DNA of 64,000 nucleotides from Oikopleura dioica (Eukaryota; Animalia; Chordata): the NCBI GenBank assembly GCA_907165135.1, contig OU015569.1:11780001-11844000 (forward strand). Reading direction: 5' to 3'. A program made the translations under genes and the position numbers. Position 1 is the stretch's first letter, and each line of letters opens with the position of its first letter. The notes beneath the pieces were generated by a model that was not told where the DNA came from, made no database searches, and saw only the letters and a program-made list of their open reading frames with translations. Shown here one piece after another: positions 52,301-64,000 of the stretch.

Positions 52301-53342
52301 TGATCCCCGTAGCCAGGCACCTGTTGGTTTTCCTCGTTTCGCAGCTGAACAATTTTGTTTACTTATTAATCCCTCCTCACTGGCTCGCTGAGTCAAGTTC
52401 AAAATTTTAGTTTCGCTGCAAAATAGGGATAAAAGAAATTAAAATTACGTAAGCCCTCGTTCATCCTTTTATTTCCTGCATATGTACCCTTGTTCATCCT
52501 TCAGCCACATAGCTTTACCTGTGAATGATAGAATCTACCCGCCGCTAAATTTCTAGATTTTTCATAAAAGAAAGGCTACGTGGCCGAAGGATGAACAAGG
52601 GGACACACGCAGGAAGTTAAAGGATAAATAAGGGTGGCCCCATTTTGATTATGTTAACTCTTCAGGAAAAATCTACTGGAAAATAGACGTGTTTGTTATT
52701 GATAAATAGTCACTTAGTGGTTACTTATATCAGAGGGGATACAGATTAAGTATATTCACAAGAGCTTCAAAATATCGTATTTTAAGGGTGTCCCTTCTTA
52801 AAATTAAGAAAACAAGTTTCACTGCGGTATTTGCTCCGTCAAGAGAGCAAAGTGCGAGCGCGAAGATGGTGGCGCCAGGGACAAGCCTAGAGGTCGCGCT
52901 CAACACCTTTTTTTCAGAAGAAGAAAATAATTCAAAGTCTGAAAATCAAGAAGAAATTTACCTGCATGGCTTCGTCGATGGAAATTTGATTTTCGTGGTC
53001 GTTTTCGTCTTTTGAAACGAACATGATTCCGGCCTGCTCGGCGGCTGCTTGCAGAATCGTCGGATCCGTCACCGGGATGCCGTTGCTGTCCACCGCGATT
53101 AGCCGCACTGGCCGTGCCTGTAATACAAGTTAGAATGCTCATTTTATTATTCAATTAGTCACCTCAGTTCCGCCTATAGTCATTTGAACGTCCGCTCCCT
53201 GGATCGTCTCTGGCAGTTCTCCTTCTCGGACCATTCTTTCGTGCTCTTCCGGAGCGACGGCGATGAACTGGACGGTGGTGGTGTTTCCATCCTCCTCCTC
53301 CATAATCGGCTCCTCTTCATACTCCTGCTGCTGCTGACTCAT
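49400..53342 (-). CDS. CTCF: CTCF orthologue with zinc fingers 1-8 only; one 1-nt frame break in ZF2
   Basis: [87 protein letters not shown] and [21 protein letters not shown] align finger by finger with CTCF ZF1-8. Confidence 0.92.
52454..52634. mobile_element. Unclassified MITE-like element with ~63-bp inverted arms (CTCF intron)
   Basis: CCCTCGTTCATCCTTTTA...CCCTTGTTCATCCTTCAGCCACATAGC is mirrored by GCTACGTGGCCGAAGGATGAACAAGGGG...AAGGG; no TSD seen. Confidence 0.75.
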
Positions 53343-54002
53343 TGCCTCCGACTGAACAGATCAGTTATTTTAGACAGCGAGCAAAATAAATGAATAATCG
53401 TCAAAATAGCAAGTCTCAAAATTGCGCGATTTGGTTTTTTCCGTATTTGGAAGTAAAAATTCTAAATAAACAATAAAAAGTAAAGATCAGCTATTCTATC
53501 TTTAAATTTTTAGCGAATTTCATTGATTCAAGTTCTTTTAAGTTATTAAAAGAAAACAATTTTATTCATAAAAATAATACAGTATTTTTTCTTCAGAAAA
53601 ATTCTTAGAAATAATAACAATAATAATCAATTACAGTCGCTAAAAAGTTAATATTAAGAATAGCTTGCTTTAGATAATTTACATTTATTTCATGTAAAAC
53701 AAAATTAAAAAATAAAGCTCCCCGAAACGAGAATATTTAAAATTGAACGACACAGAGACTGTTATTGCTACAGTAATGACTTGTTATTTCGAGTGCGTTT
53801 TAGTTGAGGAAAAATAATAGAAAATTGCAAGGATCAGCGATTTTTGCTCGCTCAAGCGCCTCGAGCTATAATTTAATCACTCTTCCGCGAAAAAATTGAA
53901 AGAAAAAGCCAGCTTTATTTACCGAGTTTCAACTAAACAGTAGCTTTTTCCGATCAAAAGGAAAATATGCTTCTATTGGCGAAACTTTTTATTTCCCATT
54001 TT

Positions 54003-54190
54003 TAAGGGTCGGCAACCTGCGTAGGAACCTGAGTCAGGGTTCCGAAAGAGCCTTGATAAAAATCTTAATCAAACTTTTAAATTCTGGCGAAGCCGCTTTG
54101 CGGCTTTGTTTATAAAAAGCCGGATTGCGGCTTTTTAGTAAAGATCTTTCGGGGCCCTGAGTCAGGTTTCTACACAGGTTGCCGGCCCAG
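54003..54190. mobile_element. MITE family A full-length copy
   Basis: GGTCGGCAACCTGCGTAGGAACCTGAGTCAGGG...CCCTGAGTCAGGTTTCTACACAGGTTGCCGGCCCAG. Confidence 0.88.
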
Positions 54191-54338
54191 TTTTGGCTCA
54201 AACAAAAATGGAAAATTGAAATTTTAAATTTGATTATTTTTCGAAAAATAATTAATTAAAATTTCACCAATTAAATTATTTAAAAGAATTTAAATTCTCC
54301 TTTCGAAAGGTCCAAAAGAATTTGAATCGGGTATTGAT

Positions 54339-55096
54339 TTAAGGATATAGCCTATGAAATTGAACTTTCATAGCGCCTAAATGCGACGTCGGATCATTCT
54401 ATTTCAAAAACAATCCTATCTTAAAATGTACGCAGAACTCGATTCTGGTACTTTTTAAAAATTTTCATTAGAATTTTTCTCTGTAGAGCGTTTTGAAATC
54501 TTACGATCGCGATTTCTCGAAATATTTACATTAAATCGGTCGAGTTTTTTTGATAGAAAAGTAATCTAGACCCTTATCTACAATATTGTGGCTTTGGTTT
54601 TCTCTTATCTCGACAAAAACCGATTTTAGAGCCATTTCCATGAGGCTTCCTCGGCGCGTGAATAGTGTAAAAAGCGCTGCGCGGTGTGCTTAATCTCTCG
54701 ACTCCTCTTTCCCGAGAGAGTGCGCGCCTTTGAAAGAGCGCTCTGATTGGTTGGACTCAAAAAAGCGCGCATGGAAGAAAAACAGGAGCAAGAAAGAGGA
54801 AAACACTAGAATGAAAATTTGGCCGAGTTTGAGAATTTTTCAGCCACAATATTCTAGTTTAGCATTTTGCTAATGCAGTCATCGGTTTAGTTTTAGCGAT
54901 TTAATGTAAATATTTCGAGAAATCGCGATCGTAAGATTTCAAAACGCTCTACAGAGAAAAATTCTAATGAAAATTTTTAAAAAGTACCAGAATCGAGTTC
55001 TGCGTACATTTTTAGATAGGATTGTTTTTGAAATAGAATGATCCGACGTCGCATTTAGGCGCTATGAAAGTTCAATTTCATAGGCTATATCCTTAA
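54339..55096. mobile_element. 758-bp foldback element with 200-bp near-identical arms and TTAA at both ends (Kolobok-like candidate)
   Basis: 54339-54538 is the reverse complement of 54897-55096 with one mismatch by my reading; ends are TTAA-GG...CC-TTAA. Confidence 0.8.
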
Positions 55097-55429
55097 GAAT
55101 CAGAAAAATTGTAGCTCCTCTCCGAAATCGATTTTGGTGAGAAACAAAAATGAATGAAAAAAGAAGAAAACTGAAATCGTGGGAAATCGCGCGCTGGGAA
55201 AAAATGGGAAAAAGGGATGAATTTGTGCTACTGTTTCTCACCTACTGCAAGACCAGAAAGTCTTGGGAAGACGATTGAATCTGATGATTTTACTTTTTAG
55301 TTAAGACTTTGATGATTGTTGGTTTGGAGCGATTCGGGAGCAAAGAAGCTCCACCTTGGAAGATGGTGGAGATCCAGAGCTGGCTGGTTTTCTGTTGGCG
55401 CGTTTTGGCGATGGTGGTCGTCTGGAGCT

Positions 55430-55700
55430 AACTTCTCTGCCGTCCTCTCTTTGCTGCTGCCGCGGCAAATCTCTCTGGCACACTCTGGCAAGTGCGCTCC
55501 AGTCCTTCAAGCGGCTGTGTCTCGCGCTGCGGCGAGGCGAAGTGGCCAGCCACGGCGCGCGCTGATTCGCCGAGCGCGCGGCCGCCCCAGCCGCCAACGC
55601 AAAACCAAACCAAACCAAAGACACCGCCGAAACGCGCGCCAAGCCGAGGTGGCGCCGTTAGCTTCTCGCGCAGCTCCACCACCGATAACAGCGACGCAAG
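55430..55700. promoter_or_regulatory. GC/CpG-rich promoter- or 5'UTR-like island between CTCF and ZC3H18 starts
   Basis: Locally high GC and CpG (GCGCGCGGCCGCCCC) with no convincing protein; lies between two divergent genes. Confidence 0.4.
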
Positions 55701-55807
55701 GGGGCTAAAATCCTGCTAAAAGTCGCTAATTACTGCTTCGATTTGCGACTATTTTGTGAATTAACGGATCTCTCCTCTCTGATTCCAACTCATCATTTCG
55801 TTAAAAT

Positions 55808-55998
55808 TTCGGCTCGGGAAACCTGAGTCAGGATCTGAAAGATCTTAAATGAAAAGCCCCGTAGCGGCTTTTTAAAAACGAAGCCGCGCAGCGGCTTCGC
55901 AAATTATCAATTCAATCTTTTATGCGGCTTTTCAATTAAGGTAATTCAGACCCAGGGTCAGGCTGACTCAGGTTTTCTACTCAGTTTACCGAGCCCAG
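55808..55998. mobile_element. MITE family A full-length copy
   Basis: GGCTCGGGAAACCTGAGTCAGG...CTGACTCAGGTTTTCTACTCAGTTTACCGAGCCCAG; interior GCCGCGCAGCGGC. Confidence 0.88.
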
Positions 55999-56995
55999 GT
56001 CTGAAGTCGCTGAAATGTAAAGCCGCCGAGAACGGAAAGGTTTTCTTTTATTTGAAGCCTCAAATAATCGGATCCGAATTTGTCAGTCCGAAATAGGAAC
56101 CGTAGTATGTAGCAATTAAAAAAAACTTACAAACAAATAGACGTTTCTAAAGACTCTTCTTTTGTTTGATCTTGTTACTTTTCTGCTCGAAATTGATCGG
56201 ATAATCTAAGACTATTAATCCTGCTTTTTGAGGGCATAAAATGAAGGACTCTTCTTCTTGATTTTCCCTTAAAATAAGTGTTTCGACTCGAAACTTTCGA
56301 GACTGATAAAAAAGGTTCAAAAATAAATCGCGGAATTGAGGCTACTGTAGAAATCAACTTAAATTCTGAGAATTTTCAAAGTCGAAATTATTAAATTTTA
56401 TGATGAAATTAAGTTAATTAATTTAATATCAATTAATTAATAAAAGAATTTTGTTAAGTAATAACAATTATTATTTGTTAATTAATTATTAATTATAATT
56501 ATTATTTTTGTTAATTATTATATACCAAGAAATATTCCCTCAGGCAACAATTAACATATCTGTAATAAAATTTATTCCACAAATTAAGCAGTTTTTAATC
56601 GAGAAATAAATATGTTCCCGTTTTAGTGCGTTTATTCAGTCTTTGTTGCTCGAGGCGTCAGAGCGCGTGGGCGTCGTTTTCCTTTTTTCGCTGCGCGGCT
56701 TCTCATCTAAAACGCTGCTCAATTTGTTCAAATTCTCAATAATTTCAAAACTTCTTTTTCTTCTTTTCCATTTTGAGAACAGAAAACTGTCAAAAAATCT
56801 GCAAAATTCAAAAAACAAAAAATGCATTGTGCGTTGTTGTTTATTTTAAACGAGCGCGCTCGCTCTAGAATTCGAAAAACAATTCTTCTTTTCTTGGAAA
56901 ATGCGAAATTGCCAACTTGAAAAAATCAATCAGAACTTCGAAAATCTGAAAAAGCTAAAAATCGTCAAAAATCTAAAAATGCTATTTTTCGGAAG

Positions 56996-59900
56996 ATGAA
57001 TGCCGATGCATTGAATCTGGACGAGCTGGACTACGACGACGAGGACGAAAGCCACAACCTCAAAACGCTCTTCCCGTGGTCGACCTCCTCGAAGACGAAA
57101 GCGACGGGCGAAAACGCTCGAACGAGGAGAGCGAGAACCAGCGAAATCGGCCGAACTCGGACGAGGAGGAGGAAGAAGAGGAAGGCGCGCTGAGTGACGA
57201 TTCCGACGATGGCGAAATCAAATCCGGTAAGAAACACTTTCATTTTTCCCTTTTTGAAATGGCTAATAAAAACAAACAAGTTCAAAACTTCAAAATTCAT
57301 TCTCTCAAAGTACACTCACTCGCAACATTCATATATCGCTCTAAAATTGTTATAAAATAATTGTCCGCCATAGATTTATGTAGTTATCCTTCAAATCGTG
57401 AAGCCGCTTGCGGCTTCGAGTAAAAATAACTGAAAAAGCCGCAGGAATCGCGGCCTTAGTGAAGAGTATTTGAAGCATCAAGCTTACTCTGGCCTAGAGT
57501 GCCTGGGCTCGGCAATCTGTGTAGAAAACCTGAGTCAGGGTAAGAAAACCTCTTAGGTAGAGAAGGATCATTTTGTAAAAAAGCCGCTACGCGGTTTTAA
57601 CTGAGGCTTGCATCGAAACGATTGTAGTTATAGAATAGCTTCAAAACTAATTCAATAACTGATAAGTCTGCTCGAGGGCCCTTTTAGTTCCATCGTAGTA
57701 TAAATTTTATACTATAGTTTATTCTATGAAATAAACATTATTTTTCGTGCAGATGCGGAGGACGGCGAAATCAGCGGTTCGGACGGAGAAGCCGGCGCAG
57801 AGGAGCAGCAAAAATCGAATCTTCCTTCCATTTTCCCCGAAAAAGAAAAGCGCCCTGCGAAGACGCGTCCGGAAAAGCCGCTTTGTCGATACTACCAGTA
57901 AGACCTTCCGAGCTTTTCAGCTTCTTACGAGTGGTTTTCAGGCAGGGGTACTGCCAGTACGGGCAGCGATGCCACTTTGTCCACGCGCGCAAGAACATGG
58001 AAGTGATCAATCCCGTCGAAGAGAAGGTCGACACGGGCAAATACAACATGTTCTCCAAAAACGAAGACGAGGAAGAAGCCATTCCAAAGACAAAACGAAC
58101 AATTACGGTCATGCCCGTCAGATCAGGTAATTCTTTTTCTCAAGAACTATTAGAAGCAAGAAGCCGCTTGCGGCTTCGAGGTACAAATGAAGAGAGCCAC
58201 GCGAAACCTCTGCAAACACCCTTTTTTAGCGCATGTGGGACTGAACCGTCCTCCACCACCAAAAGCAACTGGCGAGACACCTTGGGAAAAAGCGTTGAAA
58301 GCGAAAGCACGGCTGCGGAAAAACGGAATTCAACCAGCTTTGGGAGAAAATGAAAACTCTGGCAAGACGAGAAAGGTAAAGGGAGACTTGCTTGATTGTT
58401 TAACTGACTGTTTTTTGTGAAGTTCGAAGAGCCGGACCCGTTTTGGGCGAAAAGAACGGCGAACAGCCGCAGAAGAGAGAGCACGTTTTGAAGAGGATAC
58501 AGCTCGAGAAAAACCATCTTCCTGACTTGTCCAAGGTTAGTTTTCCCTCTCTGGGACAGGTTGTCCCTGAATTCGGGAGCAAAGCTTTTGTGGGGTTAGG
58601 GGGTTGGTAGATTGAGAGCTTTGGAGCTACAGTTTTTTTCCTCTTTTGTGGACCCCAAGTTTGTGGACATTTTTTCCATTTTAAGGCCTTCAAGTGGGAC
58701 ACTTTATAAAAGATGCTGTTCCAAGTTTGTGGACATTTTTTCGCGGAAAGAAATAAAAAAGACAATTTTTTTGTGTTGAGATTAATTCTTGCTAATCAAG
58801 ATCGAGTTGTTCATTGTTTACGAAAAAAAAACAAAATTAAAGGTTGAACTAGAGACAAAGGGGCCTTTGTCAGTCTTTCAGGAGCATAAATGCAAAGTCT
58901 AGAAAACCATTCGGCGTACTCAAATCTCGAAAAAAAATTTTAAGCGATTTCGATGGGACATTTTTCGGAAGACGTTGCCCAAGTTTGTGGACATTTTTCG
59001 AAAATTTTGGGACAAAAAATGTCCACAAAAGAGGAAAAGAACTGTATCATAAGTCGGTGTTCGTTGGTTAACCAAACACGACAACTCACCCCCTCCCTCT
59101 CTAAGGGGGAAACCCCCTTTTCCCAACTCTAAGTTACTAAGTATCAATCGACGATGTGGTATTAAATAGTTAATTCAATTACGTGTTCAGGAACTCGAGT
59201 CGTACCAAAGCGAGCGCCAGCGCCAAAAAATGAGCGGGAAAACGAGCGAGCGATGGGACCGCTCCCAAGATTTCGAAGACGAGCAGCGCAAATCATCCTC
59301 ATCCAAGAGTAGCAACGCGAAAAGGGGGAGACGCGGACATTCCAACTCGCGAGCTACAATCACAATCGACGTAAATCTAATTCTAGTTGCTTCAGTATTC
59401 ATCATTTTCAGTCGTCCTCCTCGTCTTCCTCGTCGCGATCGTCGTCTTCGAGGAGTTCTTCTGCTTCCGATTCGTCGAGGGATTCGTCCGAGAGTTCAGG
59501 AAGAAGAACCCCTAAGGTACTTTCTTCTCACAATTATAACTAATGAACCATAAAACAGGCGTTCCGGACGAAAAACGGGTCTCGAAGAGCGTCAGATTCG
59601 GAGGACCACGACTACAGGAGAACCAGACGTCTGGAAGAGAAAGCGAAGAGATACACTGAGCGCAAGCCTAGCTCAAGAACTAGCTCGCATTCGCGCAGGT
59701 ACAGTCTTCTAAGAGGATAAAGTCGCTTATCAACCATTTCCATTTTCGGTCAGAGCCTGGACTCGGAAACCTGTGTATAAAACCTTAGTCAGGGCCTTCA
59801 AAGAGCTTGAATGAAAAGCCGCAAAGCTCTTTCAAGACCCTGACTCAGGTTTTGTACGCAGGTTCTGAGCCCAGGCGAGAATGACACCCCTATATGACCC

Positions 59901-60193
59901 GAGTAACATGGATATTTAGGAGGAGCAGTAGAGAGCGAGATCGAAGCAAAGAAAGAAGCCGGGATCGAAGAAAACGCGCCCCTAGATCGTCCTCGTCTTC
60001 TTCGAGCTCGTCCTCCTCATCGTCGTCTTCAGCGAAATCGACGCGCTCGGAAAAGAAACGAAGAAAGCTCGAGAAAAAGCTAAAGCAGGTCGAAGCAGCT
60101 CTCACCAAAAAGGAACAGGATCAATTCATTTTTCCTTTCAAAAAATATGAAGTGGATACTAGAGTTATTACAGTAGCACTAGAGTGTTTTTGA
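56996..60193 (+). CDS. ZC3H18: ZC3H18-like CCCH zinc-finger/RS protein; one 1-nt frame break near the start; 3' end approximate
   Basis: ELDYD and DDGEI acidic motifs, CCCH finger CRYYQQGYCQYGQRCHFVH, RS-rich tail, C-terminal KKLKQVEAAL. Confidence 0.75.
57503..57600. mobile_element. MITE family A left-arm copy (ZC3H18 intron)
   Basis: CTGGGCTCGGCAATCTGTGTAGAAAACCTGAGTCAGGG; right arm missing. Confidence 0.8.
58640..59030. repeat. Clustered CCAAGTTTGTGGACATTTTT repeats in ZC3H18 intron
   Basis: Three near-identical 20-mers, GGGACA variants and one inverted copy AAAATGTCCACAAAA. Confidence 0.75.
59757..59874. mobile_element. MITE family A copy (ZC3H18 intron)
   Basis: CTGGACTCGGAAACCTGTG...CCCTGACTCAGGTTTTGTACGCAGGTTCTGAGCCCAG. 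Confidence 0.85.
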
Positions 60194-61043
60194 ATCCTGT
60201 GAAAGCGCGCGAAAAAGCGCATTAAACGCTAGAGCAATTTTTTCGTCATTTTTTTCTTTGAAATTCAGCATTTGTGAAATCTAGTTCAGCTCAAGCTCCC
60301 TCTTCTTGGTGCACTGATACTTTTACTGTTTGTGACTGTGTTTTTAAATGAAATTAACTGAATTTCGAACATTTCAACAACCATTTTTTTATTATTGAAT
60401 ATTTCTCCAACCGCTTCCTCAGACTAGGAAAACACTTTTTTTTCCAAAACTATTATTTTTTTCTAATTTCATTTCAAACTTTTGAAATCCTCTTTTTTTT
60501 TCTCAAAATGCGCCCAAGTCTTGATTTTCTTCAAAGTATTTTTATTTCCAAACCATTTTAAAAACCAACCTTTTGAAAGCTTTATCCTTATTCTTATTGG
60601 CCTATTTCTTTCTCCTGCAATACTTCTACTACCTTACTTTATTCAGTAGCTTTTTCTCCGCTGCTCAAAAAATTCAAACAAAAAAAATATTCTTCTTTTT
60701 CCGCTTTTTTTTTTGAAAATTTCATTCAAACTACTATTTATAACCGAATTCTTGATCATTTTAGGCTCCTTGATGTACTGCCCGAAATAAATTTTTACAA
60801 TGAATTGTAACTCAGCTTTTCATTTGTTGATCTGCAGAAATCCGTAAACAGGGATCTTACTGTAAGATTGGGAGTCCCAATTTGGGACGAAAACTAGAAC
60901 TTCATGAGTGTATACGGTTAGTACTTTACACGATTTATCGTGGAGTCTCTTATTTACTGTGTATACGATTCAGTATTCGTCTTTGTCTCGAGATATAAAC
61001 AGTATGATAGAGATGTCAATACCATACAGTGAAGTCTATACTG

Positions 61044-61153
61044 CTGGCTCGGCAACCTGTTTAGAAATCCTGAGTCAGGGTAGTCGTAACGGCTTTTCAT
61101 TTAAGATCTTACAGACACTGACCCTTGTTTTTCATACAGGTTGCCAAGCCCAG
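61044..61153. mobile_element. MITE family A copy
   Basis: CTGGCTCGGCAACCTG...CATACAGGTTGCCAAGCCCAG; flanks CTATACTG/ACATACTG. Confidence 0.85.
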
Positions 61154-61456
61154 ACATACTGTATCGAGTCAAACAATAGCGGTTAATAATGAAGATATAT
61201 CACCGATATATATGAAGCATCAGACGCAAGGACCTAAGTTCTGGCCTATCATTCAATGAAACTTGAATGGATAACTTTCCCATGCATTTTGCGAGTTAAT
61301 TAGTGAGTCTTATCGTTTTTATTTCCCTCGACGAATTAGAAGGGACACAGACAGAGACATACGTCTTACTCTTGTTTTCTAGTTTTAGGTGCTTTATCGC
61401 TAAAACGAAAAAAACTGAAGCAAAATTTGTAATTTTAGATTTAAAAAAAATCGAGA

Positions 61457-62334
61457 ATGGCAGATTCAATCGCGATCGCGCGCGTCCAGAAAGAACTCAA
61501 GGACTTTCAGAAGAAGGGAGGCGACCTGGTGGGAATTCGACTAGGAAACGGCTTTGTACAGTCTTCTACAGTAGCAGGATTAGCCAGAGTAAAGCCGAAT
61601 GAATAGATCTCGGAGATGGCAGCGACATGATGAAATTCAAGGGCGAAATAGACGGGCCTCCTGACACAGTCTACGCTGGCGGCAAATACAAACTGCTAAT
61701 AGGTAAAAGATCTTGATTGTAGAACTCGTCGCTAGATTTATTGAAAATTAAGAAATACCGCCGAATTATCCGTTTTCACCTCCGAAAATTCGCTTTACGA
61801 CGCCGATTTGGCATCCGAACATATCTTCCGTCACTGGTGCCATTTGCTTAGGTGTGCGCGCTCCTTTTTTCTTAAAGCTATGTCTTTCTTAGATATTCTT
61901 TCGACAAAATGGGCGGCTGCCATGACTCTCAGAACGGTGCTACTGTCCATTCAAGCTCTTTTAGAGAGCCCCGAACCTGACGATCCACAGGTAAACTTAT
62001 CAAACCGAAAACAGTTACAGTAATGAACGCAACTTTAGGACGCAGTTGTTGCGGCTCAATTCAACAAGAACCGCGCTTGCTGGGAAGCGACGGCTAAATT
62101 CTGGGCTCAGTACCACGCCAGCGCTCCTGGAGCACTAAACGCTACTTACAAAGATTCGCTCGATAAAGTTGTTGCCATGGGTTTTGGTAAGTTGTCCGCT
62201 CTTTTCCAGTCATCCAGTTTATCCAATTGCCGCCCTTACTCATTCTGGTCTTTTCAGACAAGCAAAAAGTACTTGCCAGCCTGTCGCAACACGACTGGAA
62301 CACGGAGAACGCGCTGCAATTTCTGTTCAACTGA
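61457..62334 (+). CDS. UBE2K: Ubiquitin-conjugating enzyme E2 K with C-terminal UBA domain
   Basis: [73 protein letters not shown]. Confidence 0.95.
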
Positions 62335-62809
62335 AGCCTGTAATTTTGTAATTAAAAAAATAGAAACCGAAACTCTTCACAGCAGAACATCGTGCTGCGT
62401 ATTCCAACAAAAAATAATAAAATTTGATCAGCGATACCGATCATTTCATCCTTCTTCTTTCTCACCCCCAAACTCAATCATTTCAAATTCACGAAACAAA
62501 AAGAAAACAGCAGTTGTAGATCAAAACCCAAGCTACCCGACCTTACTCCTTTCTATTCTCACGCCTTTGATAAAAAACACATGTAACTAGAGTATCCAAA
62601 ATGAAAAAAAAAGTTCGATTGAAAGTTCAAAATTCTTGATTCAAAATTCCAAAAGTAGCAACGCCGACATGAATATTTATTTATATATATTTACAAAGCT
62701 CAGTAAGAAACTTCTGATTGAACATTTCAGTGAATTTAAATAAATGATTAATATGATCATCCTTGTCATCTCACTTTTGAATGTTTTAATTGTAGAAATG
62801 TAACGTTTG

Positions 62810-64000
62810 ATGGACAGGGAATTTTCAAATTGGTGGGAGATTCCATGGATTGCTTATTTTGTTTCTCTTTACAAGGTAAAATTGACGGTAAAGACCGTTG
62901 AGTGAATTGTTTTATTTTTGAAGCATCCTTTCGACATTTCCGAGTTTTCGATTTATGAGCTGGAAGAATGCCTCGAAACGGACGACCCGCAAAGCAGACT
63001 CTTCTTTTCAACCCTTCTCAGCGAGCTTCTACGGTAAGTCCACGTCTCTGGCATAGATTAGCATTTGAAATATTTTCAGAGGTCTCTATCAAAATCCCAA
63101 AATCGACCCGTGGAACTTCGACAATTCGCTTCATGAAATCTGCTCGGTGCGTCTTCCCGCTGAGAACTCACTGTTCAACCCTTTGGCAGATCCGACAGTG
63201 TCGTTTTTCGATCTCCCAGTGCGCTTACGCATTTGGCTGGTCTACAAGCTCTGCTGTTGGCGCGTCGAGGACGAGCAGTCGATCACGGACGCAATCGAAA
63301 TCGCCGAAGCGCGGCCTGAATCGCTCGCTGAAGATCGCCACGGAAACCTCTTCTGGTACTTTGGCGGCATTCACCTCTTCAAGCAAATCAAAGAGACGGG
63401 CGATTGGAAGACTGTGGCGCGGACGAAGGAGGAGTGGCGGGCATTAAGGGACAAGTACGCGAACTCGACGGACAAGGAGGAAATCTGGTTCCGAGAAACG
63501 ATCGAGCAAAACTTCGATCCGACCTTGTCCGGAATCGAAGAAGAAACACACACTTGGGCGAGAACGCGGAGGAATCAGCGACTCAAGAAACTAGAAAAAC
63601 TCAAGGGCAAGAAGCGACGAGCGCGTGTGACGAACAAGGAGCCCCATCCGACGCTGCTTCCGGTTGATCAGATTGAAATACTCGCTCGTGGCGCCGGGTT
63701 AATCACCAAACTCGAAAAGGAGCAAAGATCAGCTGAAATCAACGAGGAGGATTTGCATCATTCTTCGTCCAAGTCCGATCAAAGCACTTCGAATTCAGAT
63801 TCCGATAGTTCGTCCCAATCTTCCACTCACTCATCAGTGAAGAAGAAAAAAATCCAAAGAGAGAAGCTCGTTAATTCGAAGCTGCAAAATGCAGTAAAGC
63901 GAAATTCGAATAATCAGGTGCCCAACAGAAGGGATACAAGCTCAAGCTCCAGCTCCGAAGAGGAAGAAGATCAAAAAGAGCGGAGCGGGGCGGAAAGTCC
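62810..64000 (+). CDS. CECR2-like: CECR2-like chromatin remodelling factor (DDT-like/WHIM/WSD region), runs off window
   Basis: NWWEIPWIAYFVSLY, SFFDLPVRLRIWLVYKLC, EDRHGNLFWYFGG, WKTVARTKEEW. The exon from ~63080 is open to the window end and is not in the ORF track. Confidence 0.8.

Noticed and set aside
55297-55719. Overlapping ORFs on both strands
   Set aside because: Low-complexity products typical of a GC-rich promoter/UTR island.

Overview
Compact, intron-rich animal genomic DNA. The many ~40-50 nt introns plus GA-AG and GC-AG introns suggest a larvacean tunicate such as Oikopleura (inference, not proven). I can support about 13 multi-exon genes: a RING C-terminal fragment, CDP-diacylglycerol synthase, a novel PKC (delta/theta type), an anoctamin, cyclin T, an Sp6-9 factor, DRC7, a RING-H2 protein, BLTP1/KIAA1109, CTCF, ZC3H18, UBE2K and a CECR2-like gene. 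There is also one weak orphan gene model. Introns and intergenic DNA are densely populated by non-autonomous DNA transposons, including about 21 copies of an hAT-like palindromic MITE with 8-bp TSD. The strongest signal is a transposon-to-intron series. One 103-bp TIR element with a perfect 8-bp TSD sits inside anoctamin coding sequence. An older element with the same TIR is now an exactly excisable GC-AG intron. Most introns with non-GT donors have inverted repeats pairing their two ends. Other highlights are a CTCF with only zinc fingers 1-8, an Sp factor apparently missing finger 2, an nPKC with an Asp in its hydrophobic motif, and a 200-bp near-perfect TTAA-flanked palindrome upstream of CTCF. 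Five single-base frame breaks in short homopolymers are most likely assembly errors. All gene models and family assignments are from manual reading and recalled protein motifs; no database search or RNA data was used.
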